The notes: generated by a model from the letters alone, not told the origin. 64,000 bases of DNA from Candidatus Bathyarchaeota archaeon (GCA_963733055.1 CAVTBR010000001.1:896001-960000); one strand, 5' to 3'. Shown: positions 1 to 9,817, counted from the first letter of the stretch. Program-made: numbers and translations.

Positions 1-1
1 G

Positions 2-250
2 TTGAAATCAGTCTTGAATCAGGGTATCGGTGTGGTGACCTTCACGAGCCCGTCGACTGTGCGAAATCTCGCTCAAATTGTGGACGCAAATGAGTTGGTC
101 ATTTTGCTGAAGGGAGTTAAGGTCGCATGCATCGGCCCGGTCACGGCTGAAGCGACTAAGGAATTAGGGATTCATGTCGATATTGTGGCGAGGACACACA
201 CAATTGATAATCTCGTAGAGGCGATAAAGAATGACATCAGAACTGTATGA
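2..250 (+). CDS. hemD: Uroporphyrinogen-III synthase, C-terminal part (5'-truncated by window; may be a CobA-HemD fusion)
   Basis: HemD motifs VTFTSPSTV and ACIGPVTA; directly upstream of hemB. Confidence 0.85.
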   Translation: MKSVLNQGIGVVTFTSPSTVRNLAQIVDANELVILLKGVKVACIGPVTAEATKELGIHVDIVARTHTIDNLVEAIKNDIRTV

Positions 251-1244
251 AATTTCAGAGAAAAGACGGCTTACTAATCGGCTCCGGAGACTAAGGAAAC
301 AGGATTCTCTGCGGACCCTTATGAGGGAAACTCGGCTCTCAAGTTCCGATTTCATGTATCCTATCTTTGTCGATCAACGCCTCTCAGTCCGCGAAGAGAT
401 ACCATCAATGCCAGGTATCTACCGCTTTTCAATGTCTGAACTGACTAAGGAAATTGCCGACGTCATAAGTTTGAAAATACCTGCCGTGTTGCTGTTCGGC
501 CTTCCTAATCACAAAGACAGCTCTGGAAGCGCAGCCTACGCAACCGATGGCATAGTCCAACAAGCCGTACGGGCCATCAGGAAGTCGGCCCCACAGCTTG
601 TCATTGCCACAGATGTTTGCCTGTGTCAGTATACTGATCATGGGCACTGTGGCGTAATTCGCGATGGCAGAGTAGAGAACGATGACACGCTGGAATTGTT
701 GTCGCGAATCGCAGTTTCACATGCCGAAGCTGGTGCGGACATTGTCGGACCAAGTGCCATGATGGACGGCCAAGTTCAATCTATCCGGCTTGCCCTAGAC
801 AGTCGAGGCTTCCAGGAAACCGCAATCATGGCATATTCAGCTAAGTTTGCATCCGCCTTCTACGGTCCCTTCCGTGAGGCGGTCGAATCATCCCCGTTAT
901 GGGGAGATCGGCGCAGCTACCAAATGGATCCACCGAACCGCAGGGAGGCGCTTCGGGAGATAGAAATGGACATCAGAGAAGGGGCGGACATCGTGATGGT
1001 CAAACCTGCACTCAGCTACCTAGACGTAATTAGAGACGCAAGAAATCAATTCCGTCACCCGCTAGCAGCTTACAATGTGAGCGGAGAGTATGCGATGATT
1101 AAAGCAGCCGGACAGAAAGGGTGGCTCGACGACAAACGGGTGGCACTGGAAACATTGACAGCAATAAAAAGAGCTGGGGCAAACATCATAATCACATACT
1201 TTGCGAAGGACGCGGCCAAATGGTTACGGGAGGCTAACCAGTGA
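231..1244 (+). CDS. hemB: Porphobilinogen synthase (ALA dehydratase), Zn-binding type
   Basis: RLRRLR N-terminus, DVCLCQYTDHGHCG zinc site, SAKFASAFYGPFREA, MVKPAL catalytic Lys, AYNVSGEY. Confidence 0.97.
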   Translation: MTSELYEISEKRRLTNRLRRLRKQDSLRTLMRETRLSSSDFMYPIFVDQRLSVREEIPSMPGIYRFSMSELTKEIADVISLKIPAVLLFGLPNHKDSSGSAAYATDGIVQQAVRAIRKSAPQLVIATDVCLCQYTDHGHCGVIRDGRVENDDTLELLSRIAVSHAEAGADIVGPSAMMDGQVQSIRLALDSRGFQETAIMAYSAKFASAFYGPFREAVESSPLWGDRRSYQMDPPNRREALREIEMDIREGADIVMVKPALSYLDVIRDARNQFRHPLAAYNVSGEYAMIKAAGQKGWLDDKRVALETLTAIKRAGANIIITYFAKDAAKWLREANQ

Positions 1245-1966
1245 AGACGCAGACCTCTACAGATGTTGAACCAGTTCAAGTCACAGAACGGCAATTCCTC
1301 AAGTATACATTCTTCAGAGTCGACTCGCAATGGAGACGGCTCAGCACCGAGGAAAAATCGTCCGCGAGACGGGAGTTCGCGTCAATAGTAGCAGGCTTTG
1401 CGAAAAATAACCTTCTCAGCAGTTATTCTCTTGTGGGCATCCGTGGCGACACCGACTTCATGCTATGGACCATTGCCGGGCAGCTTGAACAATTCCAGGA
1501 CTTCACCTCAGATTTACTATCGTCTAATCTTGGAAAGTATCTCAAGATACCCTACTCCTATCTAGCCATGACCAAGAAATCCGAATACCTAGGTGGCCAC
1601 CATCATGAAGGACAGGAGGGTGCCTCTCCTACCAGCTCAACGAGCAATTCGAAGTACATGTTCGTTTACCCTTTCATCAAGAAACGTGAATGGTACTTCC
1701 TTCCACACGAGGAGAGAACCAAGATGATGGCGCAACACTTCAAGATCGGGCACAAGTATCCTTCAGTCCAAATTCACACCGGGTATTCCTTCGGCCTGGA
1801 CGATCAAGAATTTGTTCTCGCCTTTGAAACAGATCAACCAGCCGACTTCTCAGACTTAGTTATGGAGTTGAGGAGCAGCGAAGCGAGTCGCTACACAGAG
1901 CTAGAAACCCCCATCTTCACGTGCATAGCTGCGCCCATAGATGAGATTCTTACTCTACTAGGATAA
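1241..1966 (+). CDS. hemQ: Chlorite dismutase-family protein, probable coproheme decarboxylase (HemQ/ChdC)
   Basis: YPFIK motif, proximal His (MMAQH), YSFGLDDQEF; the distal Arg of true chlorite dismutases appears replaced by Ile; lies inside the hem operon. Confidence 0.8.
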   Translation: MKTQTSTDVEPVQVTERQFLKYTFFRVDSQWRRLSTEEKSSARREFASIVAGFAKNNLLSSYSLVGIRGDTDFMLWTIAGQLEQFQDFTSDLLSSNLGKYLKIPYSYLAMTKKSEYLGGHHHEGQEGASPTSSTSNSKYMFVYPFIKKREWYFLPHEERTKMMAQHFKIGHKYPSVQIHTGYSFGLDDQEFVLAFETDQPADFSDLVMELRSSEASRYTELETPIFTCIAAPIDEILTLLG

Positions 1967-1992
1967 GCCAGCTCCATCTCTTGTGAACTCCG

Positions 1993-3318
1993 TTGAAGGT
2001 TGACGCATCTAAAGCCCTTTACGAGCAAGCCAGTCTGGTTCTCGTTGGTGGCGTGAACAGTCCAGTTCGAGCCTTCACCGCCGTGGGCGGCACACCGCGC
2101 TTCATTAAGAGGGCGCGAGGTTCAAAGATACAAGACGAAGACGGCAACAGTTACATCGACTATGTTTGTTCTTGGGGAGCGCTAATCTTAGGATCCGCGA
2201 ACCCAAGGGTCGTAAGGACCCTGCGTGCTGCGTTACCTCGAGGAACCAGCTATGGGGCTCCGACCCGACTTGAGACTGAGCTTGCCGACTTAGTTATGAG
2301 TTCCTTTCCTTCGATTGAAAAGTTGCGTTTTGTGAATTCCGGAACCGAAGCCGTGATGTCGGCACTTAGGGTTGCGCGAGCATACACGAAGCGCAACAGG
2401 ATCTTGAAGTTCGAAGGTTGCTACCACGGTCATTCCGATGCAATGCTTGTGAAGGGAGGTTCAGGCATGGCAACGTTCGGTACCCCAGACTCAGCAGGTG
2501 TTACCGCTGGGGCAACAGCAGATACGCTCGTTGCGCCTTACAATAACCCAGACTCTGTCAAAACAATCTTCGAAGAGCATGGTAACGATATCGCTGCCGT
2601 GATTGTTGAGCCAATTGCCGCAAATATGGGGCTGGTTCCCCCAAAATCAGACTACCTCCGTGACCTCAGAGAAATCACCGGGAAATATGGAACCCTGCTC
2701 ATCTTTGATGAGGTAGTTACGGGATTCCGAGCTTCTCTAGGCGGAGCTCAGAAGCTCTACCGCGTCCAACCGGATCTTACATGCCTAGGGAAGATCATCG
2801 GCGGGGGTCTGCCCGTCGGAGCATACGGCGGCTCTCGAAAGATTATGGACCTTGTAGCACCGACCGGTCCTGTCTACCAAGCGGGAACTCTTTCTGGGAA
2901 TCCGTTAGCGATGACCGCGGGAATTGTTACCTTGAAAGAGATCAATAAGCGAGGCTTCTATGAGAAACTGGAAAGGGCGTCAGCTCGGTTGGAACGGGGG
3001 CTACTGGAAGCCGCGAAAGAAGCCGACCGCGATGTATGGTTGAATAGGGTTGGGTCGATGCTGGGATTGTTCTTCACGGACAGCGAGGTCAAGGATTTCA
3101 GTTCCGCGAAGTCCAGTGATACGTCTGCCTACAAGGTATTTTTCAATACTATGCTGGAACAGGGAGTCTACCTCCCTCCCTCTCCCTTTGAGACAATCTT
3201 TGTTTCAGCAGCACATTCCCAGCGAGATGTGACGAAAACGTTTGATGCTGCTAAGCGAGCACTTCAACGGTTGAAATCGAGGAGTGTTGTTTCGAGAGAT
3301 GGAACACCGATTCATTAG
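1993..3318 (+). CDS. hemL: Glutamate-1-semialdehyde 2,1-aminomutase
   Basis: GGVNSPVRAF, FVNSGTEA, FEGCYHGH, DEVVTGFR, LGKIIGGGLP, YQAGTLSGNP. Confidence 0.97.
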   Translation: MKVDASKALYEQASLVLVGGVNSPVRAFTAVGGTPRFIKRARGSKIQDEDGNSYIDYVCSWGALILGSANPRVVRTLRAALPRGTSYGAPTRLETELADLVMSSFPSIEKLRFVNSGTEAVMSALRVARAYTKRNRILKFEGCYHGHSDAMLVKGGSGMATFGTPDSAGVTAGATADTLVAPYNNPDSVKTIFEEHGNDIAAVIVEPIAANMGLVPPKSDYLRDLREITGKYGTLLIFDEVVTGFRASLGGAQKLYRVQPDLTCLGKIIGGGLPVGAYGGSRKIMDLVAPTGPVYQAGTLSGNPLAMTAGIVTLKEINKRGFYEKLERASARLERGLLEAAKEADRDVWLNRVGSMLGLFFTDSEVKDFSSAKSSDTSAYKVFFNTMLEQGVYLPPSPFETIFVSAAHSQRDVTKTFDAAKRALQRLKSRSVVSRDGTPIH

Positions 3319-4345
3319 GGCTTGCAAGCGTCAATCAGTGGATGTGACGCCTGTCTGGTTCATGCGCCAAGCAGGCCGTTTTCTACCCGAATACAGGAAG
3401 ATCAGAGAGAAACACGACATAATTTCAATCTGCAAGAACCCCGAGCTGTGCGCTAAGGTTACAACGATGCCCGTCGATATCTTGGGCGTCGACGCCGCAA
3501 TTATGTTCGCCGACATCATGCTTCCTCTAGAAGGGATGGGAGTGGCGTTCAAGATTGAGGAAGGTGTTGGCCCGATCATCAAACAACCAATCTCTGACGC
3601 CCATTCCGTCGCGTCCTTGCACAAACTTGACCCGGTAAACGACGTGCCCTTTGTACTCGAAGCTATAGGAGTAACAAGAAAGATGTTGGATGGAAAGGTG
3701 CCGTTGATCGGATTCTGCGGGGCACCCTTCACGATTGCAAGTTATCTAATAGAGGGACGGCCGACGAGGGAGTTCATCAAGGTGAAGACTCTCATGTATC
3801 GCGAGCCAAAGACTTGGCACGCCCTTATGGAGAAACTTTCAGAGTCGATGACCAACTATCTCCTAGCACAAGTACGAGCTGGTGTTGATGTGGTTCAGAT
3901 TTTCGACAGCTGGGTTGGATGCCTCAGCCCCCACGATTATCACAACTACGTGCTCCCATACTCACAGCATATTTTCCAGGAGCTCGTTGGGACAAAGGTG
4001 CCAAGAATCCACTTCGGAACTGGCACTTCGACACTTCTTGAAGAAATGAGGATGGCCGGTGGTGATGTCTTCGGAGTCGACTGGAGAGTCCCAATTGATG
4101 TTGCGTGGGAAAGGTTGGGTTACGATGTTGGCATTCAAGGAAACCTTGACCCCGCAGCCTTGCTAGGAGACATGGAATTGGTCAAATCATTGTCGACCGA
4201 AATTCTCAAGAAAGTACAGGGCAGGAGCGGACACATATTCAATCTTGGACATGGCATGCTACCTGAAGCCTCAGTGCAGAAAGTTATCGACCTAGTAAAA
4301 TTCGTTCACGATTCAACCCAACAATCGGCAATTGACGCTATGTAG
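3299..4345 (+). CDS. hemE: Uroporphyrinogen decarboxylase (likely start ATG 3299; ORF open from 3284)
   Basis: PVWFMRQAGRFLPEY, GFCGAPFT, QIFDSW, QGNLDP, HIFNLGHG. Confidence 0.96.
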   Translation: MEHRFIRACKRQSVDVTPVWFMRQAGRFLPEYRKIREKHDIISICKNPELCAKVTTMPVDILGVDAAIMFADIMLPLEGMGVAFKIEEGVGPIIKQPISDAHSVASLHKLDPVNDVPFVLEAIGVTRKMLDGKVPLIGFCGAPFTIASYLIEGRPTREFIKVKTLMYREPKTWHALMEKLSESMTNYLLAQVRAGVDVVQIFDSWVGCLSPHDYHNYVLPYSQHIFQELVGTKVPRIHFGTGTSTLLEEMRMAGGDVFGVDWRVPIDVAWERLGYDVGIQGNLDPAALLGDMELVKSLSTEILKKVQGRSGHIFNLGHGMLPEASVQKVIDLVKFVHDSTQQSAIDAM

Positions 4346-5266
4346 GTGGGCATTACGAGCGATTTAGCGGTTCTTCTGATGGCATACGGGACACCGAGTT
4401 CAATGGAAGATATCGAGGCCTATCTCACCGACATTAGGAGAGGCCACAAGCCTGCACCTGAGGCCGTTGAGGATTTGAAGAGCCGATACCTAACGATAGG
4501 GGGACGATCGCCGTTATTCGAGATAACTAAGACTCAGGCGTCGTCCCTCAAACAGAAGTTGAGTTCGGAGGGTTTGGGGACTGAGGTTTACATTGGGATG
4601 AAGCATTGGCATCCCTATATTCGGGAAGTCATCCCTCAAATTATTGACAATGGTTTCGAGAGAATAATCGCACTCGTACTCGCTCCTCATTACTCACAAG
4701 TGAGCATCGGGGGATACAAACAGGCGTTAGAAGAGGCAGTCCCTAGCTCAAGCCATTTGGATGTGGATTTTATTGAGAGTTGGCACGATCACCCTCTATT
4801 CCACAAGGCAGTCCAAGAAAAAATTCAGGCTGCCCTCAGTCAGTTTTCAAAGCCTTCAAAAGTCGAATTGCTCTTCACTGCTCATAGCTTACCCGAACGG
4901 ATCCTTCAAACGAAAGATCCGTATCCAACACAACTTCTAAGCTCCTGCAAATCAGTAGCAAACCTTCTAGGGCGTGAACAATGGTCGTTCGCATACCAGA
5001 GCGCAGGTCAGACCAAAGAAAAATGGCTAGGTCCAGACCTCATAGACTTCTTACGTGAGTTCCAAGGTCGAAGAAGTCTTACCGACGTTCTTGTGGTGCC
5101 CATAGGCTTCGTAGCCGACCATCTTGAGATACTCTACGATATTGATGTGGAAGCCCAGGATTTCGCCCGAAACAACGGCCTTAACCTCAAGCGAACCGAT
5201 TCACTAAACTCAAGTCCCGCCTTCATCTCCACCCTGGCGGATCTCGTCCAGAAGCGAACAACTTGA
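4346..5266 (+). CDS. hemH: Ferrochelatase, probably coproporphyrin ferrochelatase (CpfC type)
   Basis: LLMAYGTP, IGGRSPL, GMKHWHPYI, FTAHSLP, YQSAG..WLGP, GFVADHLEILYDID (Firmicute-like HemH signature). Confidence 0.94.
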   Translation: MGITSDLAVLLMAYGTPSSMEDIEAYLTDIRRGHKPAPEAVEDLKSRYLTIGGRSPLFEITKTQASSLKQKLSSEGLGTEVYIGMKHWHPYIREVIPQIIDNGFERIIALVLAPHYSQVSIGGYKQALEEAVPSSSHLDVDFIESWHDHPLFHKAVQEKIQAALSQFSKPSKVELLFTAHSLPERILQTKDPYPTQLLSSCKSVANLLGREQWSFAYQSAGQTKEKWLGPDLIDFLREFQGRRSLTDVLVVPIGFVADHLEILYDIDVEAQDFARNNGLNLKRTDSLNSSPAFISTLADLVQKRTT

Positions 5267-5270
5267 AGTA

Positions 5271-5669
5271 TCAAGTGGTCAACTGGTTCATTCTGACAGT
5301 GACCCAATAATCTCCGGTGGATCCTAAGCTTAGGGTGCTAGTTCCGCTCACCTGCCAACTGTAGTAAGCGCCCCAGGTTGCTTGACCGTAGGCAGATGCT
5401 GTGAGTGTGGAAACGGGTGTGGGCGTTCTAAAGGAAATTGCGACTTCTCCACCATACGGACTCGTCGCAACGCCAAGCAGGTTACCTGATGAGTCGTAAA
5501 GTGAAACTTTCGTTATGTCTAGGCTGCAGGAGTATGCAAAGAAGTCAACATGAATCGTGTACTCAATCGTTACACTTTGAGCAATAACTGTTGATATCAG
5601 AGTAGAGTTCACGAGAATTACTAACGCGACAGCGATGAACCTTACATTCATCTTCGACACCAACGACAA
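5271..5669 (-). CDS. Small secreted beta-rich hypothetical protein
   Basis: Signal peptide ending VIAQ, then a Ser/Thr-rich beta-strand domain; co-directional with neighbours. Confidence 0.65.
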   Translation of the reverse strand: MSLVSKMNVRFIAVALVILVNSTLISTVIAQSVTIEYTIHVDFFAYSCSLDITKVSLYDSSGNLLGVATSPYGGEVAISFRTPTPVSTLTASAYGQATWGAYYSWQVSGTSTLSLGSTGDYWVTVRMNQLTT

Positions 5670-5699
5670 AAGTGTATTGTGAACGGAGAGGGAATTGTG

Positions 5700-6044
5700 T
5701 TAGCTCGAGGGTTGAAGGGAAACGACGCCTCCGGCGTCGTACCATTGAACGTTCATGTTGATCTGGAAGGTTTGGGTCACATACCCAGGAGCTGAAAATG
5801 TGATTGTGCCAAGAACTCCATATGGGTAAGACAGCTCCCAAGCTCCATCGGATCCCGTCAAAGCGGTTTGTGTGTTAAAGCATCGGCTTAAGGTGACAGT
5901 CGCTGCGATTGGTTTGCCGGTGCTCGCGCTGTATACCGTTCCGTAGAGGATCCTGGATTGAGCGTTCGCGAGGGGGACTGCTTGTGACGAGACAAGCACG
6001 GCAAGGACCCCCAAGGTGAATAGTAGCCCGCTAATTCTCCGCAT
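5700..6044 (-). CDS. Secreted protein with carboxypeptidase-regulatory-like (transthyretin-like) beta-sandwich
   Basis: Signal peptide; pattern LYGTV...GKPIAATVTL...TGSDGAW...FSAPGY.TQT. Confidence 0.7.
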   Translation of the reverse strand: MRRISGLLFTLGVLAVLVSSQAVPLANAQSRILYGTVYSASTGKPIAATVTLSRCFNTQTALTGSDGAWELSYPYGVLGTITFSAPGYVTQTFQINMNVQWYDAGGVVSLQPSS

Positions 6045-6077
6045 GCTGTCTTCCCGAGTCTAATTATGAATCTTGGG

Positions 6078-6692
6078 CTATAAAGGTGGCCGGGGAATTA
6101 GTGCTCGACGTTTCTTCAGCATCACGTAGGAAACTCCACCTATACCGATCAACGCTACGACTCCCACGGCTGCGAGCCAAATCGAAATGTTTTGTTGCTG
6201 TACGGATGCACCTGGGACGCTTAGTAGGAAATCGTTCTGTTCCACTTGTTGTAGGCCGGTTGCAGTCAGATAGCTTATTTTGATTAGGAGGGAAACCTGC
6301 GGCGTGCCGCTTGTCGCGTTTGCGGCTTGAATCCTCGCCGGCATGGCTAGATTGAATGTCCAGATTGCTGATTGCAGGTAACCGAGGTGGAAATTACCCA
6401 AACTCTCAGAATGGATCAGTTCCCATGTGTTGTTCAGTCCCGGGTCTATGTAGGCGTTCCCTTCCGATAGGTAAACATCAGATGGTGCGACATTAAGAAT
6501 TTCCATCTTCAGCTCTGTCGTCTGTCCCGCGGGGACAACGTAATGTCCAGCATCTTGTCCGATCAATGTTAGCGATAGTTGGGGAGTTGTTTGTGCAAAG
6601 ACGGGTGAGAGGACTGCGATGAGTAGTATGATGGGTATCAGAATTACTCGAAACGAGACCGGCATCGTGTTTCTACAGAGTGCCTCAGCCAT
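6078..6692 (-). CDS. Exported protein with C-terminal membrane anchor
   Basis: Signal peptide, Ig-like middle, C-terminal TM helix followed by KKRR. Confidence 0.7.
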   Translation of the reverse strand: MAEALCRNTMPVSFRVILIPIILLIAVLSPVFAQTTPQLSLTLIGQDAGHYVVPAGQTTELKMEILNVAPSDVYLSEGNAYIDPGLNNTWELIHSESLGNFHLGYLQSAIWTFNLAMPARIQAANATSGTPQVSLLIKISYLTATGLQQVEQNDFLLSVPGASVQQQNISIWLAAVGVVALIGIGGVSYVMLKKRRALIPRPPL

Positions 6693-6947
6693 TGTACAGT
6701 CTATTTACGTTTTCAACTTCGTTTTCGTCAATTTTGAGAGCGCCTTGATTCACGGCCACATGGTATTGGTGATTGGCGCTGCTTTCGTTCGGAAAGTGGA
6801 ACCATACAGAGATCAAAATCCAGTTTAGGCCGCATGAGTCAAAAGCCTCGTAATTCATGGACTTATCTCATGTCGATCCATCGATTTCTTGTCACCAGCG
6901 TCACCAATCTTTTAATTTCACTTCACGAAATTAACTTGAGGATTAAC

Positions 6948-7448
6948 ATGTTGCGTCGCGGTTTCGGAATAGCATTGGCCGCTACCCTTCTTGCCATGAC
7001 TTTGACTTTAGTGGTTAGTGGCGTATTCGTCAACGCAACACAATCGCCACCATATCCGTTCCCTCCGACTTTCCCCGTGAACAATTTCGATTTCACGATC
7101 ACGACGAGCACGACACTCGTGAAGATTCAGCAGGGTCAAACCGGTGGGGTAGTTGTGTGGCTGAACCTTTACTGTCCCAACTCCTCGGCAACTATCAGAT
7201 GTGACTCAACCGTCCTTCAAACCGTAACCTTGTACATTTCAGGCTGCCCCGCGGGCGCTTTCTGCTCACTTGATCGGCAACAAGTTCTACTGCCCCCGCT
7301 TTATCAAGGCGCAAGCAATCTCATCGTTTACACATTCTCAACAGTCCCAGTCGGCAATAATCAAGTTGCACAAATCACCGTAACCGGCGTCGACCAGTTT
7401 GGACAGACTCATTCAACATCTTTCGGCGTAATAGTCTGCTACTGTTAA
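6948..7448 (+). CDS. Secreted Cys-containing hypothetical protein (ORF open from 6834; ATG 6948 precedes the signal peptide)
   Basis: MLRRGFGIALAATLLA signal peptide, Pro-rich linker, six Cys including C-terminal CYC. Confidence 0.65.
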   Translation: MLRRGFGIALAATLLAMTLTLVVSGVFVNATQSPPYPFPPTFPVNNFDFTITTSTTLVKIQQGQTGGVVVWLNLYCPNSSATIRCDSTVLQTVTLYISGCPAGAFCSLDRQQVLLPPLYQGASNLIVYTFSTVPVGNNQVAQITVTGVDQFGQTHSTSFGVIVCYC

Positions 7449-7561
7449 ACGCTATCCGACCACCACACCGAATTTGTCCGAACGTTCGGTCATTGCCAAG
7501 CATTGCACGTCATCGATCTAATCATCGAACAATGTGCTTCGTCAAGAATTGTGAATCTCCT

Positions 7562-8194
7562 TTAGGATTGCTGGCTGAGCTCATAATCCTGTGGGCTAGT
7601 CACCGTGTTCATGTACACTAACGTCGTAGGTGAGGTTGGCTGAACAGTTGCAAAACCTGAAGTGACTAACGATCCGAAACCGGAGAAGTCGAGTACTCTG
7701 GAAACGCTTACACGAATTGTGAAGGATGGGACCTGAGCAGGTAACGTGAGATAGAATGTTACGAGCTGATATCCGCTCGAAACCGGCAAGTGAATTTGGA
7801 CATTGGCCGTGTCAGTGTAGGGCCCGTAATAATTGCCCGGAGCCGGAGCGACGACGGCGTTCATCGCGTGTAGAGAGACGATCACGGTGATGTCCGTGTT
7901 GCCTGAATTCCTTACCAGTACATGGGTGATATCGATCGTTGACAGTTGGTACGAAGACATCGCAGTGAGCTGATAAGACCGACGAACATCGTTTGTTCCA
8001 CCGAAGGTGAAGTCAATTACAGCCGCGTGAGACCAGCCATACCAAGCGACAACTACAGGAGCTGTAACTGCAACAACTAAGAGGACAATAACCCAAAGGC
8101 TGTGATTGCCCAGGTGCCCTCTCCTACGTGTCGTCTTAGGTCGTGCCTGTACCTGACTATTTTTCTTCTCACGTTTGGTTCCGGGCAGCGGCAC
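7562..8194 (-). CDS. Membrane-anchored hypothetical protein
   Basis: Basic N-terminus, one TM helix, beta-rich extracellular domain. Confidence 0.65.
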   Translation of the reverse strand: MPLPGTKREKKNSQVQARPKTTRRRGHLGNHSLWVIVLLVVAVTAPVVVAWYGWSHAAVIDFTFGGTNDVRRSYQLTAMSSYQLSTIDITHVLVRNSGNTDITVIVSLHAMNAVVAPAPGNYYGPYTDTANVQIHLPVSSGYQLVTFYLTLPAQVPSFTIRVSVSRVLDFSGFGSLVTSGFATVQPTSPTTLVYMNTVTSPQDYELSQQS

Positions 8195-8396
8195 TCACTC
8201 CTTAAGCATTTTCCAATGTATCCGTGTATTTGCGGGTGAAGATTCAAATAGTTTCCCGATGCCGACTCCCACGCGACATGGCACTGCTATCAACAACCGG
8301 TTCGCCGGTAATCGCTTGATTGTGACAGGCATTGAGGCATTTGTTAGACGAGGGTCGGAGAAAGGCTTAACAAAACAAGCTCCCCTGCCATAGGAT

Positions 8397-9767
8397 ATGG
8401 TTAGTCAATCTGCGTTAGACAGTGTTCTGAAGAGAGTTAAAGAAGAGAAAATTAATCTGATTAAATTCCAGTGGCTCGGGAACGATCTGATTCCGCGCGC
8501 AATGGTTTCACATGCGGATTTCTTAGCCGAGCAAATGAGGGATGGGATCGGTATTCCCATGGCGCTCCAATGCTTCAATGTTCTCGACAAGGTAGCTTAT
8601 GAAGGGTCTTGGGGTTCCGAAGCCCCAGAACTCAAGATCATGCCCGACCCAACTACCTTCTCACCCCTACCCTACGCCCCGGGAAGTGCACGAATGATGG
8701 GCGAGCTTTGGGATCTAGACTTGCAGCCGCATATCACTGATGCGAGGTATTTCCTCCGCAGGATGATTGGGAAAGCTCATGAGATGGGGTACTCTCCGAT
8801 GGTCTCGTGCGAGACTGAGTTTTATGTCTTGCACGCGGATGGGGAAAACATAACACCTTTCGTAAACACGAAGTTCGCTACTAGTTATGGTTACGACCTT
8901 TACAACGACTATATTCAGGAAGTCGTGTCAAACCTTTCGACGATGGGAGTTCATCTTGAGCGATTGAAGAAAGAGTACGGGCACGCACAAATAGAGCCCA
9001 GCTTCAGGTACACTGATGCGTTGGCGGCTGCTGATAGTTTCGTCGCTGTGAAGGACGTTACTAAGGCCATTGCCGCAAAGCGTGGATTGTTCGCGTCTTT
9101 CATGCCGAAGCCTTTCGTTGGTCTTCCAGGAAGCGGTTGCCATATACACTTGAGCCTGTTCGACTTGAAAACGAAACGCAACGTCTTCTATGATTCAAAT
9201 GACAAAAGAGGGTGCAAGATGAGCCAGCTAGGATACGGGTTCATCGGGGGAGCATTGAAGCATATGAACGGAATAAGCATCTTCGGAGCGCCATTATCTA
9301 ATTCCTACAAACGCCTGCTGCCCGGAAGTTGGGCACCCGCCCACGTCTGTTACGGTTACGATCATAGAGGAGTTGCCATCAGAATCCCGTCAACCTCTCC
9401 TCACGCCGACGGTTCAGGCCAAAGAGTAGAATACCGTGTGCCTGATCCCTCCTGCAACCCTTACCTGGCCGTGGGAACCCTACTCGCCGCAGGTCTCGAA
9501 GGCATCAAGAACCAAATTGATCCAGGCGAACCACTGAAGGAAGACCCAGCACGTCTTAGCGATCAAGAACTCGAGCGAAGAGGAATTCTATGGCTACCGA
9601 GGACGGTAGGTGAGGCCATAGCCGAAGCCAAGAAAGACCCGTTCATAAAGGAAACCCTTGGCGAGGTAGCGTTCCGAGAACACATTAAGGTAAGAGAATC
9701 GGAATGGCGCGACTACCGCGAACAGGTCACACCATGGGAAGTCCAGAACTATCTAACTTCAATCTAA
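8397..9767 (+). CDS. Glutamine synthetase-family protein (GSI-like; possibly a gamma-glutamyl-amine ligase)
   Basis: CETEFY, EYGHAQIE, SFMPKP, GSGCHIHLSL, NSYKRL, RVEYRVPDPSCNPYL; the canonical FDGSS N-terminal motif is absent. Confidence 0.88.
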   Translation: MVSQSALDSVLKRVKEEKINLIKFQWLGNDLIPRAMVSHADFLAEQMRDGIGIPMALQCFNVLDKVAYEGSWGSEAPELKIMPDPTTFSPLPYAPGSARMMGELWDLDLQPHITDARYFLRRMIGKAHEMGYSPMVSCETEFYVLHADGENITPFVNTKFATSYGYDLYNDYIQEVVSNLSTMGVHLERLKKEYGHAQIEPSFRYTDALAAADSFVAVKDVTKAIAAKRGLFASFMPKPFVGLPGSGCHIHLSLFDLKTKRNVFYDSNDKRGCKMSQLGYGFIGGALKHMNGISIFGAPLSNSYKRLLPGSWAPAHVCYGYDHRGVAIRIPSTSPHADGSGQRVEYRVPDPSCNPYLAVGTLLAAGLEGIKNQIDPGEPLKEDPARLSDQELERRGILWLPRTVGEAIAEAKKDPFIKETLGEVAFREHIKVRESEWRDYREQVTPWEVQNYLTSI

Positions 9768-9817
9768 CCAACGCGTAACCCCTGCCGATAGTACTAACGC
9801 TTGAAACGACTGGCAAA

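Noticed and set aside
1241-1966. True chlorite dismutase (perchlorate respiration)
   Set aside because: No signal peptide, the distal Arg is apparently absent, and the gene lies inside a heme biosynthesis operon.
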